A stretch of 64,000 nucleotides of DNA from an uncultured Rhodospirillaceae bacterium (GTDB lineage: Bacteria > Pseudomonadota > Alphaproteobacteria > MPNO01 > UBA830): NCBI GenBank assembly GCA_964412235.1, contig CAYPNT010000005.1, positions 5,879 to 69,878 on the forward strand. The letters are read 5' to 3'. This document shows, piece by piece, positions 17,674-26,687 of the stretch. Every line of letters starts with the position of its first letter. Positions within the stretch are counted from its first letter, which is position 1. A program made the position numbers and the translations under genes. The notes under the pieces are model-generated. The model saw only the letters and a program-made list of their open reading frames with translations, ran no database searches and had not been told where the DNA came from.

Positions 17674-19071
17674 ATGGCTTCTGTACCCGGAAAAATAACG
17701 GCCGCAATTACTGAATTTACCTCTACGGTTGGCTTTGATGATATTCCCCCTCGTGTCATCGAAAGGGCTAAGGTTCATATACTGGACACTCTTGGTCTGT
17801 GTTTGGCGGGATCGCTTACCGAGGCTGCCACTGTTGCTCGAGACATTTTGCCAAAGACCGCTCCTGCAAACGTGGGCTCAACGATATTCGGTACGCGCCT
17901 TCGTGCCGCACCGCGTTTTGCTGCTTTGGCAAATGCCGTCGCGGCACACGCCCATAATTTTGATGATACAACCCCACAAGTGCAAACCGATCGAACTGGA
18001 GGAATCCACGCAAGTGGCGCAATATTGCCGGTGGGGCTAGCGCTAGGAGAAGAATACCGCGCTTCCGGTCAAGAAATTATCACCTCATACCTAACCGGCG
18101 TCGAGGTTGCGTCTCGTCTTAACCACACAATTGCGCCTCGGCATTATGCCGATGGTTTTCACGCTACAGCTACACTGAATGGTTTTGGTGCGGCTTGCGC
18201 CGCTGCTCGCCTTATGAAACTGGCTCCAAAGGAGATTTCCGCGGCGGTTTCTATCGCAGCAAGCCAATCTGGCGGCGTTCGTCGCAACTTTGGGTCGAGT
18301 GCAGAAATTTTTCACTCTGGTTGGGCTGCTGAAAATGGTGTTGTTGCCGCTGATCTCGCTAGGCGGGGAATCTCCGGTGCAAACGACGCCTTGGAGGGAC
18401 CAAGCGGATTTTTCGAGGCGGCAGGCGGGGGATTTGATGCAAACGAGTTTATCGGTAGGCTCGGAAAACCCTGGATATTCGAACACCCAGGGGTTTGGAT
18501 AAAACAATATCCGAATGGTGCTTTGACTCACCCCGCCGTAGACAGCCTCCTTGAACTTATTGAACAACATAGTGTTCACAGAAACGAAATCACCCGGATT
18601 GTTGTAAAAACAAATGAACGGATGTGGAATACGCTGCAACATCACGAACCAAAAACCGGGATGCAGGCAAAATTCTCGATGGAATTTATACTGGGCGCTA
18701 TAATATTGAACGGCTCGGTGGGCTTGGATACGTTCACGGATTCTATGGTGGCCGATCGCGAGGTTCGTCACGCGATGACGAAGGTTGATTATGCACCGTT
18801 TGCAAAGCCTCCAACGGATTTTAGTAATGTGACAACTCTTTTAGAGGTCCACCTCCGTGACGGGCGTCGTTTATCGTCCCGAGCTGACCACGCGCTTGGT
18901 AGCACAGAAGCACCCCTATCCTATGAACAAGTAGCGGATAAATTTTTTCGCTGCGCAACTTTCGTTGGCCACGCGAAGGAAAAAATAAAGCTACTGGTTA
19001 GACAGGTTGCGGATTTAGAGAATGCGGAAAGTCCCGAAAATTTGGTCAACGCATTGATTTCCAATAACTAA
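17674..19071 (+). CDS. MmgE/PrpD family protein (2-methylcitrate dehydratase-like)
   Basis: 465 aa. The N-terminal FDDIPPRVIERAKVHILDTLG, the block HAHNFDD and FHATATLNGFGAA are typical of MmgE/PrpD. Confidence 0.75.
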   Translation: MASVPGKITAAITEFTSTVGFDDIPPRVIERAKVHILDTLGLCLAGSLTEAATVARDILPKTAPANVGSTIFGTRLRAAPRFAALANAVAAHAHNFDDTTPQVQTDRTGGIHASGAILPVGLALGEEYRASGQEIITSYLTGVEVASRLNHTIAPRHYADGFHATATLNGFGAACAAARLMKLAPKEISAAVSIAASQSGGVRRNFGSSAEIFHSGWAAENGVVAADLARRGISGANDALEGPSGFFEAAGGGFDANEFIGRLGKPWIFEHPGVWIKQYPNGALTHPAVDSLLELIEQHSVHRNEITRIVVKTNERMWNTLQHHEPKTGMQAKFSMEFILGAIILNGSVGLDTFTDSMVADREVRHAMTKVDYAPFAKPPTDFSNVTTLLEVHLRDGRRLSSRADHALGSTEAPLSYEQVADKFFRCATFVGHAKEKIKLLVRQVADLENAESPENLVNALISNN

Positions 19072-19192
19072 TTTTTCGCAAAAATATTGAGCACAGGGTA
19101 GACCTTTCCTGTAAATTCTATAGAGTCTCGCCAATAATAAGTGAATGGCTATAAAGCCGTAGTGAAATTAACAACTGTCTAGGGAGATTAGT

Positions 19193-20506
19193 ATGACAGC
19201 TAAAACAACGTTGCGTCTTCTGGGCGCTGCTGTGGTGGGCGCTGTAGCCATTAGTGGCGGTACCGCGGCGGCGAAGACCGTTAAAATTGGCGTGCCTACG
19301 TTTTTGACAGGCGCCGGAGCACCCGCATTCGGCATCCCCGGTAAAAAGGGTGTGGAGCTTATCGTCCGTGGCATTAACAATGGCGAACTTCCAGCCCCTT
19401 ATAACACAAAGGGCCTTGCCGGTCGCCAAATTGAAGCTTTGATATACGATGAGGCTGGCGGCGGTACCAAGCAGGTCACCGAGCTCCGGAATAAGGTTCA
19501 GAAAGACAAGGTTGATGCCATTATTGGCCAGATTTCTTCCGGGACGTGCGCGGCGACAACCAAGGTTTCAGAGGAACTAAAAGTTTTAACCATTCAAACT
19601 GTTTGCGGAACACCGCGAATTTTTGAAGATATTAACCCGAACCCAAAATACGTTTTCCGTACCATGAACCATGGTACTGCAAACAATGTTTCGGCAGCAC
19701 ATTTTGTCGTTTCTAAGTTTAAGGACCGGCTGGCGAAAGGCTTCACTGGCATCAACCAAAACTACGCTTGGGGGCAAGACTCCTGGCGTGATTTTAGTTT
19801 GGCACTGAACACGCTAATGCCAAGTGTGAAAGGATCCAAGAAAAACCAGATGCCTAAAATCTTTGCTGGTCAGTATGGTAGTGAAATATCCGCGCTTTCG
19901 CGCGCGAAAGAACAGTTGGTGCACTCAAGCTTTTGGGGCGGTGACTTAGAAGCCTTTATTGGCCAAGCGAGTGCGCGCGGCTTGTTCAAGCGCAAGCTTT
20001 TTGTATTTACGGTTGGCGAAACAGTAGCCTATCGTCTCGGCAAAAATTTCCCCGAAGGAATTATTGTGGGTACACGCGGGCCATACGGTATGTATGTTGT
20101 GGATAATCCTTCACCATTGAACCAATGGTTTCAGAAGGAATACCGTAAAGCCTATGGCTCACCACCGGCGCAACCATCGTACCAATATGCTCAGGGTTTC
20201 TTAGGCGCTAAGTATGCATACGATAAGGCAGCTAAAAAGGCCGGAAAGTTCCCAACAACTGACCAAGTTATTGCGGCTCTTACGGGCGCTACATTCCCAT
20301 CATTTGTTGGAAATGTGACGATGGGTCTTGGTAAAGGCCATCAGGGTCTTACCGATGATTACTGGGGCGTTACCGTTTGGGACAAAAAGCGGAACGAAAT
20401 GGTTGTGAAGGATGTGGTTAAGTTTTCGCACAAGTGCGTTATGCCCCCAGCTGGCGTAAAAGGCGTCGACTGGATTAAAGGTGGTATGAAAGGTGCGAAG
20501 TGCTAA
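19193..20506 (+). CDS. ABC transporter periplasmic substrate-binding protein (Leu/Ile/Val-binding protein superfamily)
   Basis: It has a signal peptide (LRLLGAAVVGAVAISGGTAAA), followed by KIGVPTFLTGAG. It is followed by two permease and two ATPase genes. Confidence 0.75.
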   Translation: MTAKTTLRLLGAAVVGAVAISGGTAAAKTVKIGVPTFLTGAGAPAFGIPGKKGVELIVRGINNGELPAPYNTKGLAGRQIEALIYDEAGGGTKQVTELRNKVQKDKVDAIIGQISSGTCAATTKVSEELKVLTIQTVCGTPRIFEDINPNPKYVFRTMNHGTANNVSAAHFVVSKFKDRLAKGFTGINQNYAWGQDSWRDFSLALNTLMPSVKGSKKNQMPKIFAGQYGSEISALSRAKEQLVHSSFWGGDLEAFIGQASARGLFKRKLFVFTVGETVAYRLGKNFPEGIIVGTRGPYGMYVVDNPSPLNQWFQKEYRKAYGSPPAQPSYQYAQGFLGAKYAYDKAAKKAGKFPTTDQVIAALTGATFPSFVGNVTMGLGKGHQGLTDDYWGVTVWDKKRNEMVVKDVVKFSHKCVMPPAGVKGVDWIKGGMKGAKC

Positions 20507-20528
20507 ACACGTAGTAGACTATAGTTCA

Positions 20529-20557
20529 GGGGCGGCGTATAACGCCGCCCCATTTTT
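20529..20557 (+). terminator. Rho-independent terminator/attenuator after the binding-protein gene
   Basis: GGGGCGGCG-TATAA-CGCCGCCCC is a perfect 9-bp GC-rich stem followed by ATTTTT, 23 nt after the stop codon. Confidence 0.8.
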
Positions 20558-20607
20558 ACGACGTTTCCGTTCAAGTTTTTGTCGGGTCTAGCTAGAAGGG
20601 CTTACTG

Positions 20608-21510
20608 GTGGATTTTGAGCTTTTAATTGTAATTCTTGTGGATGGCCTGGTCTATTCGTCCTACCTTTTTTTGGTAGCCGTAGGCCTCACCGTGATCTTT
20701 GGGGTGCAAAAAGTATTAAACGTTACCCACGGGTCGTTTTATGCCTTTGGCGCGTACCTAGCGGCGTATCTAATTGGGCTTTGGTCCAGGGGTGGGTTGC
20801 CGGATGCGGGTGGTTTTTTGCTCATTTTAGTGAGTGCGCTGATACTAGGGCTCATACTTGGCATAATAATTGAGCGGGGATTGTTAAAGTTTCTGTATGA
20901 CCGCGATGAGCATATTGTGGTTCTGGCGACGTTTGCGGCATTTCTGGTCCTTGAAGATGTTATATTGCTGATTTGGGGGACTGATCCCTATCTTGCGTTT
21001 CAACCGCTGGCACTACTTGGGAATAGTGAAATAGTGGGCCTAATTTTTGATAACTACGCCTTAACAATGATAGCCTTGTCGTTTGTTGTGGCTTACGTCC
21101 TTTGGTACGGGTTAAATCGAACCCAATTCGGACGCATTTTGCTTGCGGTTATATATGATCGAGAGATCAGTATGGCTATGGGCATAAATGTGACCAAGGT
21201 ATTTTTGATCACATTTATTATTGGCACCTTCCTTGGTGCCCTCGGAGGCGCCTATCATGCGCCTATCATCTCGGTCCAGCCCGGCATCGGGGTTGAAGTA
21301 ATTGTTTTGGCTTTTGCCGTCGTTGTGATCGGGGGTATGGGATCGATACCCGGAGCGCTTATCGGTTCAATTGTCGTGGGAATTGCGCGTGCCGCGGCTG
21401 TTCACCAACTACCGGAGATCGAGTTGTTTGTCATCTATGGCATAATGGCACTTGTGCTGATTTTCCGACCCGAGGGGCTGTTTGCTCCGATCAAGGCGAG
21501 GAAAATATGA
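20608..21510 (+). CDS. Branched-chain-amino-acid-type ABC transporter permease (LivH-like)
   Basis: GTG start. 300 aa, hydrophobic, with the LivH-like block NVTHGSFYAFGAY. The stop overlaps the next start. Confidence 0.8.
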   Translation: MDFELLIVILVDGLVYSSYLFLVAVGLTVIFGVQKVLNVTHGSFYAFGAYLAAYLIGLWSRGGLPDAGGFLLILVSALILGLILGIIIERGLLKFLYDRDEHIVVLATFAAFLVLEDVILLIWGTDPYLAFQPLALLGNSEIVGLIFDNYALTMIALSFVVAYVLWYGLNRTQFGRILLAVIYDREISMAMGINVTKVFLITFIIGTFLGALGGAYHAPIISVQPGIGVEVIVLAFAVVVIGGMGSIPGALIGSIVVGIARAAAVHQLPEIELFVIYGIMALVLIFRPEGLFAPIKARKI

Positions 21511-22505
21511 GCCGTCTATTGGATAGAACTTTTTGGGGCCTGACCACAGGCCTTGTCTTTTTATTCCTATTAAACTTCTTCTTAGAAGAGTGGATGAGAA
21601 CGATTGGTCTGCAGACCTTGGCACGCGGCCTTGTGGCCATTGGACTACTTGTGCTGTGGCGAACGGGTATGGTCTCGTTTGGGCACGCGCTGTTCTTTGG
21701 GTTTGGAGCCTACACGGTTGCCATGATGCAGATTGCTGGGGTGAATGACATCTTTGTTCTTCTTTTCTGTGGTACGGCGGTTGCTGGATTACTCGCCGTA
21801 GGCCTGGGTTTTCTTCTTAGGCAGTATCGAGCAATCTTTTTTGCACTCCTTAATATGGCGTTTTCGATGATTCTGTACGGTGTTCTTGCCAAGGTAGAAT
21901 CCCTCGGATCGACTGACGGGATCGGAATTTCTCAGGTCACATTCGCCGGTGTAAAGTTAGAGGGTGAGACCTATCGGATGGGGCTCTTTGTTATAGCGAT
22001 TGTATTTGCCTATATCTCTGCGGTCGCTGCTCACTGGTATTTGAAATCCACGCTCGGCATGATGACAATGGCTGTTCGAGAAAACGAAATTAGGGTGGAA
22101 TACCTTGGTTATTCCGCCGAGAAGGCAATCCACGCTAAATATATTATATCAGGTTTGCTGGCTGGAATGGGTGGTGTGATTATGGCGGTGACCGTCGGCC
22201 ACGTCGATCCTGATTCTATGGTTTATTGGCCTGTTTCCGGCGACTTTGTTTTTATCACAATCCTTTCTGGGACCGGTAATGTTGGTGCAACCTTCATTGG
22301 TGCCTTGGTCTACGAATTGCTTAGGACCTATGCCTTTGAATTTGCACCGGAGATTTGGCAGTTAATTTTGGGTGGCGCACTGCTCTTAATTATCATGTTC
22401 CTTCCCGACGGCTTATGGTCGATCCGCAGTGAGTGGCGAAATCGCAGAGCGATAGCGAAATCACGATCAAGCGAAGACCAGACAGCGGAGCAGGGCCATG
22501 ACTAG
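21507..22505 (+). CDS. Branched-chain-amino-acid-type ABC transporter permease (LivM-like)
   Basis: 332 aa, hydrophobic, with the block GMVSFGHALFFGFGAY. It has 4-nt and 8-nt overlaps with its neighbours. Confidence 0.8.
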   Translation: MSRLLDRTFWGLTTGLVFLFLLNFFLEEWMRTIGLQTLARGLVAIGLLVLWRTGMVSFGHALFFGFGAYTVAMMQIAGVNDIFVLLFCGTAVAGLLAVGLGFLLRQYRAIFFALLNMAFSMILYGVLAKVESLGSTDGIGISQVTFAGVKLEGETYRMGLFVIAIVFAYISAVAAHWYLKSTLGMMTMAVRENEIRVEYLGYSAEKAIHAKYIISGLLAGMGGVIMAVTVGHVDPDSMVYWPVSGDFVFITILSGTGNVGATFIGALVYELLRTYAFEFAPEIWQLILGGALLLIIMFLPDGLWSIRSEWRNRRAIAKSRSSEDQTAEQGHD

Positions 22506-23280
22506 AGTTCTCGAAGTCCATGATCTGGAAAAGAATTTCGGGGGTGTGGTCGCGGCCCACAATATTACTGTTAACGTTGATGAAGGGGAAACTATTGGCA
22601 TAATCGGCGCCAACGGCGCCGGTAAGACGACGTTCGTAAATATGGTAACGGGTTACCTACCACCCTCCGCTGGGACAATAGAATTTCTCGGTCAGAATGT
22701 CGTCGGGATGCGACCTCGAGAGGTTACCAAACTCGGCCTCTGCCGGTCATTCCAGGTTCCGCAAGTTTTTCTCTCTGAAACCGTTTTTGACAACATGCTG
22801 GTGGCTTACGGTATAGCAGAGCGGTCGGGTTGGGGGCTGTTGACACCTTTGCACACGGAAGATCGTGAACAGAGGGTAGATGCGCACTTAAGACGATATC
22901 AAATATCGGATTATCGAGATACGGCTGCGGCAGCGCTTCCACAGGGTGTTCGTAAATTATTGGACATTGCTATGGCAACTGTCCGGAACCCTAAACTTAT
23001 TATGTTGGACGAGCCCACGAGCGGTATTAGTGTTGAGGAAAAGTTTGGTTTGATGGACATCATCATGCAGGCCCTGCGGGAGGAAGAGACCACGGTCATG
23101 TTTATTGAACATGATATGGAAATTGTTGAGCGTTTTGTCGACCGTGTGTGGGCTTTTTACCAGGGGGAGATCATCTGTGATGCACCTACCGCCGCGGCTA
23201 TGGTTGACGATAAAGTACGCGAGTTCGTCATAGGGCAGGAGTATCACCCCGCTCACGTCGAGGGAGACACTGATGCTTAA
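22498..23280 (+). CDS. ABC transporter ATP-binding protein (LivG-like)
   Basis: Walker A is GANGAGKTT. A signature-like LPQGVRKLL is present, and Walker B is LIMLDEP. Confidence 0.85.
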   Translation: MTRVLEVHDLEKNFGGVVAAHNITVNVDEGETIGIIGANGAGKTTFVNMVTGYLPPSAGTIEFLGQNVVGMRPREVTKLGLCRSFQVPQVFLSETVFDNMLVAYGIAERSGWGLLTPLHTEDREQRVDAHLRRYQISDYRDTAAAALPQGVRKLLDIAMATVRNPKLIMLDEPTSGISVEEKFGLMDIIMQALREEETTVMFIEHDMEIVERFVDRVWAFYQGEIICDAPTAAAMVDDKVREFVIGQEYHPAHVEGDTDA

Positions 23281-23917
23281 AGTTGAGGGTATCGACGTAA
23301 ATATTGGGGCAACCCCTATCCTTCGCGGTGTGTCCCTTGAAGTCCCATCTGGCACGATGTGCGGGCTAATTGGTCGAAACGGTGCTGGAAAGACAACCTT
23401 TATGAGGGCGGTTATGGGCGCCCTCGGGTTGCGAAAAGGCCAAATAGAGTTTGACGGTGAAAAACTGCACGAGGCTCCTGCCCACCAGAGAGCACATATC
23501 GGTATTGGTTTTATGCCCGAAGACCGTCGCTTAGTGCCTCAGTTGACGGCGGAGGAGAATATTCTTTTGCCGACTTGGACAACTAAACAGCAAGGGGCAG
23601 ACGAGCGCTTGGCCTGGATTTACAAGTTAATGCCTGAAGTGGAGGAGTTTCGTAATCGTGGGTCTACAGAACTTTCTGGTGGTCAACAAAAGTTCGTTGC
23701 GTTTGCCAGAGCTCTAATGGTTGGCACTAAGTTCTTGATGCTCGATGAGCCCTCGGAGGGTATTGCCCCCGTATTCGCTCAGCGGATGGTCGAAATTATT
23801 AAAAGCCTAAAAGAAGAGGGTGAATCTGTCCTCGTCGCTGAATCAAATGACAAACATATTAAGGAATTACTCGATCGTTCCTTTGTGATTGAACGCGGTT
23901 CAATCATAAATGCCTAA
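23273..23917 (+). CDS. ABC transporter ATP-binding protein (LivF-like)
   Basis: Walker A is GRNGAGKTT, the signature is LSGGQQK, and Walker B is FLMLDEP. Confidence 0.85.
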   Translation: MLKVEGIDVNIGATPILRGVSLEVPSGTMCGLIGRNGAGKTTFMRAVMGALGLRKGQIEFDGEKLHEAPAHQRAHIGIGFMPEDRRLVPQLTAEENILLPTWTTKQQGADERLAWIYKLMPEVEEFRNRGSTELSGGQQKFVAFARALMVGTKFLMLDEPSEGIAPVFAQRMVEIIKSLKEEGESVLVAESNDKHIKELLDRSFVIERGSIINA

Positions 23918-24086
23918 TCTCTGTGGCATTTATTTGCCACCAAATCCTGCCACCGGAATTTGTTATTAGGGGTTTTGGTTGGCCTTTAAGGTTTGGCCAG
24001 CCTGCAGGCTTTGGTACCGTAGCCACTGCATTATATTAGTCCGCGAGTTTTGTTTGTTGTGGTATGACAATTAGGATTAAATTTTT

Positions 24087-25043
24087 ATGTGGGTTGTAAC
24101 GGGGCCCCTGGGCTCTACCTACGCGGCGGTACCGCCGTCTATTCGTGGTGTGATTTTTATGATGATCGCGGGCTTAGGCGTCGTCGCAATGAATGTATCA
24201 GTGCGCCAGATAGCAGACGATATTCACCCTTTTATGATCGGTTTCTTTAGGCATGTCTTTGGGGTTGCGTTGTTGGCTCCGTTTTTTCTTCGACCAGGCC
24301 ACAATCCCTTCCGCACAAACCAACTACCCTTGCACGGGCTCCGAGCGTTTTTCAATGTGATAGCGATGCTCGCTTACTTTGTAGCACTCACCATGGAACC
24401 CTTGGCGAAGGTCGTAGCCCTAACCTTTACTGCGCCGCTACTAGCAACCCTCGGGGCAATATTGATACTTGGAGAAAAGGTTACCAGGGCGCGCTATTTA
24501 GCACTGGTTATTGGCCTCGCAGGCGCATTGATAATCCTCCGGCCATGGGCTGTGGAAATTAGTGTAGGATCAATGCTTCTACTTTTATCCGCAGCGACAT
24601 GGGCTGCCGCACTGGTTGTAATTAAGGTGCTATCGCGCCATGATTCTCCAATCACGATTGCCTTATATGCATCCCTTCTGCAGTTGCCCTTTTCTTTTGT
24701 CGCGTCTCTGTTTTATTGGCAATGGCCAACGCTGCACGAATTAATGATAATCGTGTTAATCGCTGTATTCGGCAGTACAACTCAAATCTGTCTTGCGCAG
24801 GCCTTTCGTGAGGCTGACGCAACGGTCGTTCTGCCTGCTGACTTTACAAAACTCGTATTCGCCGGGCTCGCAGGGTGGCTCTTCTTTGCAGAATTGCCCG
24901 AAATATGGATCTGGGTCGGTGGTACCATCGTATTTATCGGCGTTTTCCTTAACGCATGGTTTGAAAAACAAGCTCGTCCCATGAGTTCCACCATTGCATC
25001 ACGTGCCAAAAGCCCGCAAAGTAAAAGTAATGACGCTAAGTAG
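24087..25043 (+). CDS. DMT superfamily (EamA-like) transporter
   Basis: 318 aa with about 10 hydrophobic helices in two similar halves, and EamA-like blocks (ILGEKVT, ALIILRP). Confidence 0.75.
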   Translation: MWVVTGPLGSTYAAVPPSIRGVIFMMIAGLGVVAMNVSVRQIADDIHPFMIGFFRHVFGVALLAPFFLRPGHNPFRTNQLPLHGLRAFFNVIAMLAYFVALTMEPLAKVVALTFTAPLLATLGAILILGEKVTRARYLALVIGLAGALIILRPWAVEISVGSMLLLLSAATWAAALVVIKVLSRHDSPITIALYASLLQLPFSFVASLFYWQWPTLHELMIIVLIAVFGSTTQICLAQAFREADATVVLPADFTKLVFAGLAGWLFFAELPEIWIWVGGTIVFIGVFLNAWFEKQARPMSSTIASRAKSPQSKSNDAK

Positions 25044-25063
25044 AAAGAAAGTGAAAAACTACG

Positions 25064-25927
25064 ATGAATAAAATTGTTTGGGGAAACTTTACGCAAGAGG
25101 AACTCGATAAGAATTACGACCAATCATCATTGGTCCCAAACGTTGATGAGTTAATGGAACAAACCGCGGCGGACAGTGCTAAGATTCGCGAGGAGCTGGA
25201 ACATATTCCTAATGTGTCGTACGGACCGTCAGTTCTTGAGAGGCTCGATATTTTTCCCGTTGAGAACAAGGGAGCACCTGTTGCGATTTACCATCATGGC
25301 GGTGCATGGATCAGGTCCAGTAAGGATCAGTGTTCTTATGCTGCTCCCGGGCTTGTGGCGGCTGGCGTTAATGTATTGGTTTTGGATTTTGCACTAGCGC
25401 CAGCTGTATCGCTCGATGAAATTGTGCGGCAAAACCGAGCAGCGATTGCGTGGACATGGCACAATGCTGAAAACTACGGCTGGGACAGAAACCAAATACA
25501 TTGTATCGGGCATTCTTCAGGCGGCCACATTTGCGGAATGATGCAAGTTACCGACTGGGAAAAAAATTACGGATTACCTGCCAATGTCGTCAAAAGTGCT
25601 GCTGCTTGCAGTGGCATGTATGATCTGGAGCCGGTTAGGTTCAGCCACCGAAATACCTACCTCGACTTGACCGAAAAAGGGGCAGTGCGCAATAGCTCTA
25701 TAAAGCATCTTCCGAGTTATGGGCCTCCTTTGACAATGGCTTGGGGCACAGGGGAGCTAGAGGAATTTCAACGTCAGAGCCGTGATTTTGCGGCAGCATG
25801 GGCCAATGCGGGTCACCACGTTGATACGTTCGTTATGGAAGGGTTAAACCATTTTGAGGTTGGCCGGGAGATGTTTAATCCGGACCAGCCTGTGTTTCAT
25901 AACATTATCCAGAATATTCGCGTTTAG
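25064..25927 (+). CDS. Alpha/beta hydrolase (esterase/arylformamidase-like, HGG type)
   Basis: The oxyanion motif is YHHGGAW, and the nucleophile elbow is GHSSGGH. Confidence 0.7.
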   Translation: MNKIVWGNFTQEELDKNYDQSSLVPNVDELMEQTAADSAKIREELEHIPNVSYGPSVLERLDIFPVENKGAPVAIYHHGGAWIRSSKDQCSYAAPGLVAAGVNVLVLDFALAPAVSLDEIVRQNRAAIAWTWHNAENYGWDRNQIHCIGHSSGGHICGMMQVTDWEKNYGLPANVVKSAAACSGMYDLEPVRFSHRNTYLDLTEKGAVRNSSIKHLPSYGPPLTMAWGTGELEEFQRQSRDFAAAWANAGHHVDTFVMEGLNHFEVGREMFNPDQPVFHNIIQNIRV

Positions 25928-25970
25928 TTGTGTCATTAGATTATAGAACATCGTGTTTAAGTAATATTGG

Positions 25971-26687
25971 TTATTCTTCCCGCCCGTAACAGTGAAGATT
26001 TGCGCCATTTTCGCGCAACCAAATTTTCGCTTTGCCCGGCTCAATACAGAGTTTTTCGACAAGAGCCCAAAAGGCTTCGCTATGATTATGTTCCTCTAAA
26101 TGTGCGACCTCGTGCGCTACCACATAATTAAGAACCGGTTCCGGCGCCATAACAATCCGCCAGGAAAAATTTAAATTTCCCGATCGCGAACAACTGCCCC
26201 ATCGAGATTTAGTGTCCCGCAAAGTGATCCGCCTCGGGCTGCAATTGATCTTCGTGGCTAAGGCAAGTGCCCGTGGCCTTATTTCCTTGAGAGCGCGTTC
26301 TCGGAACCACCGTCGGACACGTCCGCTTAAGGTGTCTTCCCGGCCGCCCACTATTAGTTCCGTTCCCTTCAAAAGGGGGAGTGATGAATGGTTCTTAATA
26401 CGCCTTATAGTTATATCCTGACCGAGTAACGGTACGGTTGCGCCTTCGACAAATGGAATCCCTGAACGGACCTCGGATAGTTGCTTAGAAACCCAGTCTG
26501 TTTGTGTATTGGCAAAACTGATGCCGTCTTTTTCTGTCGCTCCGGGCGGCAAAACAATTTCTACCAGACCGTCATATTTTCCTACATGTAATAAAATTCT
26601 ACGGGCCCGCGGATTGCACCGTATCTTGAGCGGTACGTTATTTTGCCCGTCGAGCAGTAAATAATTGGGAATTGTTTTATCCGTCAT
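25971..26687 (-). CDS. M48-family / YgjP-like (DUF45) zinc metallopeptidase
   Basis: The listed ORF extends to 27011, but that part lies inside the MFS gene. ATG 26687 (MTDKTIPNYLL) overlaps the MFS stop (ATGA). The HExxH motif is HEVAHLEEHNHS. Confidence 0.7.
   Translation of the reverse strand: MTDKTIPNYLLLDGQNNVPLKIRCNPRARRILLHVGKYDGLVEIVLPPGATEKDGISFANTQTDWVSKQLSEVRSGIPFVEGATVPLLGQDITIRRIKNHSSLPLLKGTELIVGGREDTLSGRVRRWFRERALKEIRPRALALATKINCSPRRITLRDTKSRWGSCSRSGNLNFSWRIVMAPEPVLNYVVAHEVAHLEEHNHSEAFWALVEKLCIEPGKAKIWLRENGANLHCYGREE

Noticed and set aside
18091-18771. Long ORFs antisense to or out of frame with confidently assigned genes (18091..18771, 37686..38327, 56137..56724, 12481..12867, 35044..35562 and others).
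   Set aside because: Each lies inside a gene with strong family motifs on the other strand or in another frame. Their translations are Arg/Ser/Cys-rich without recognisable domains, which is typical of shadow ORFs.
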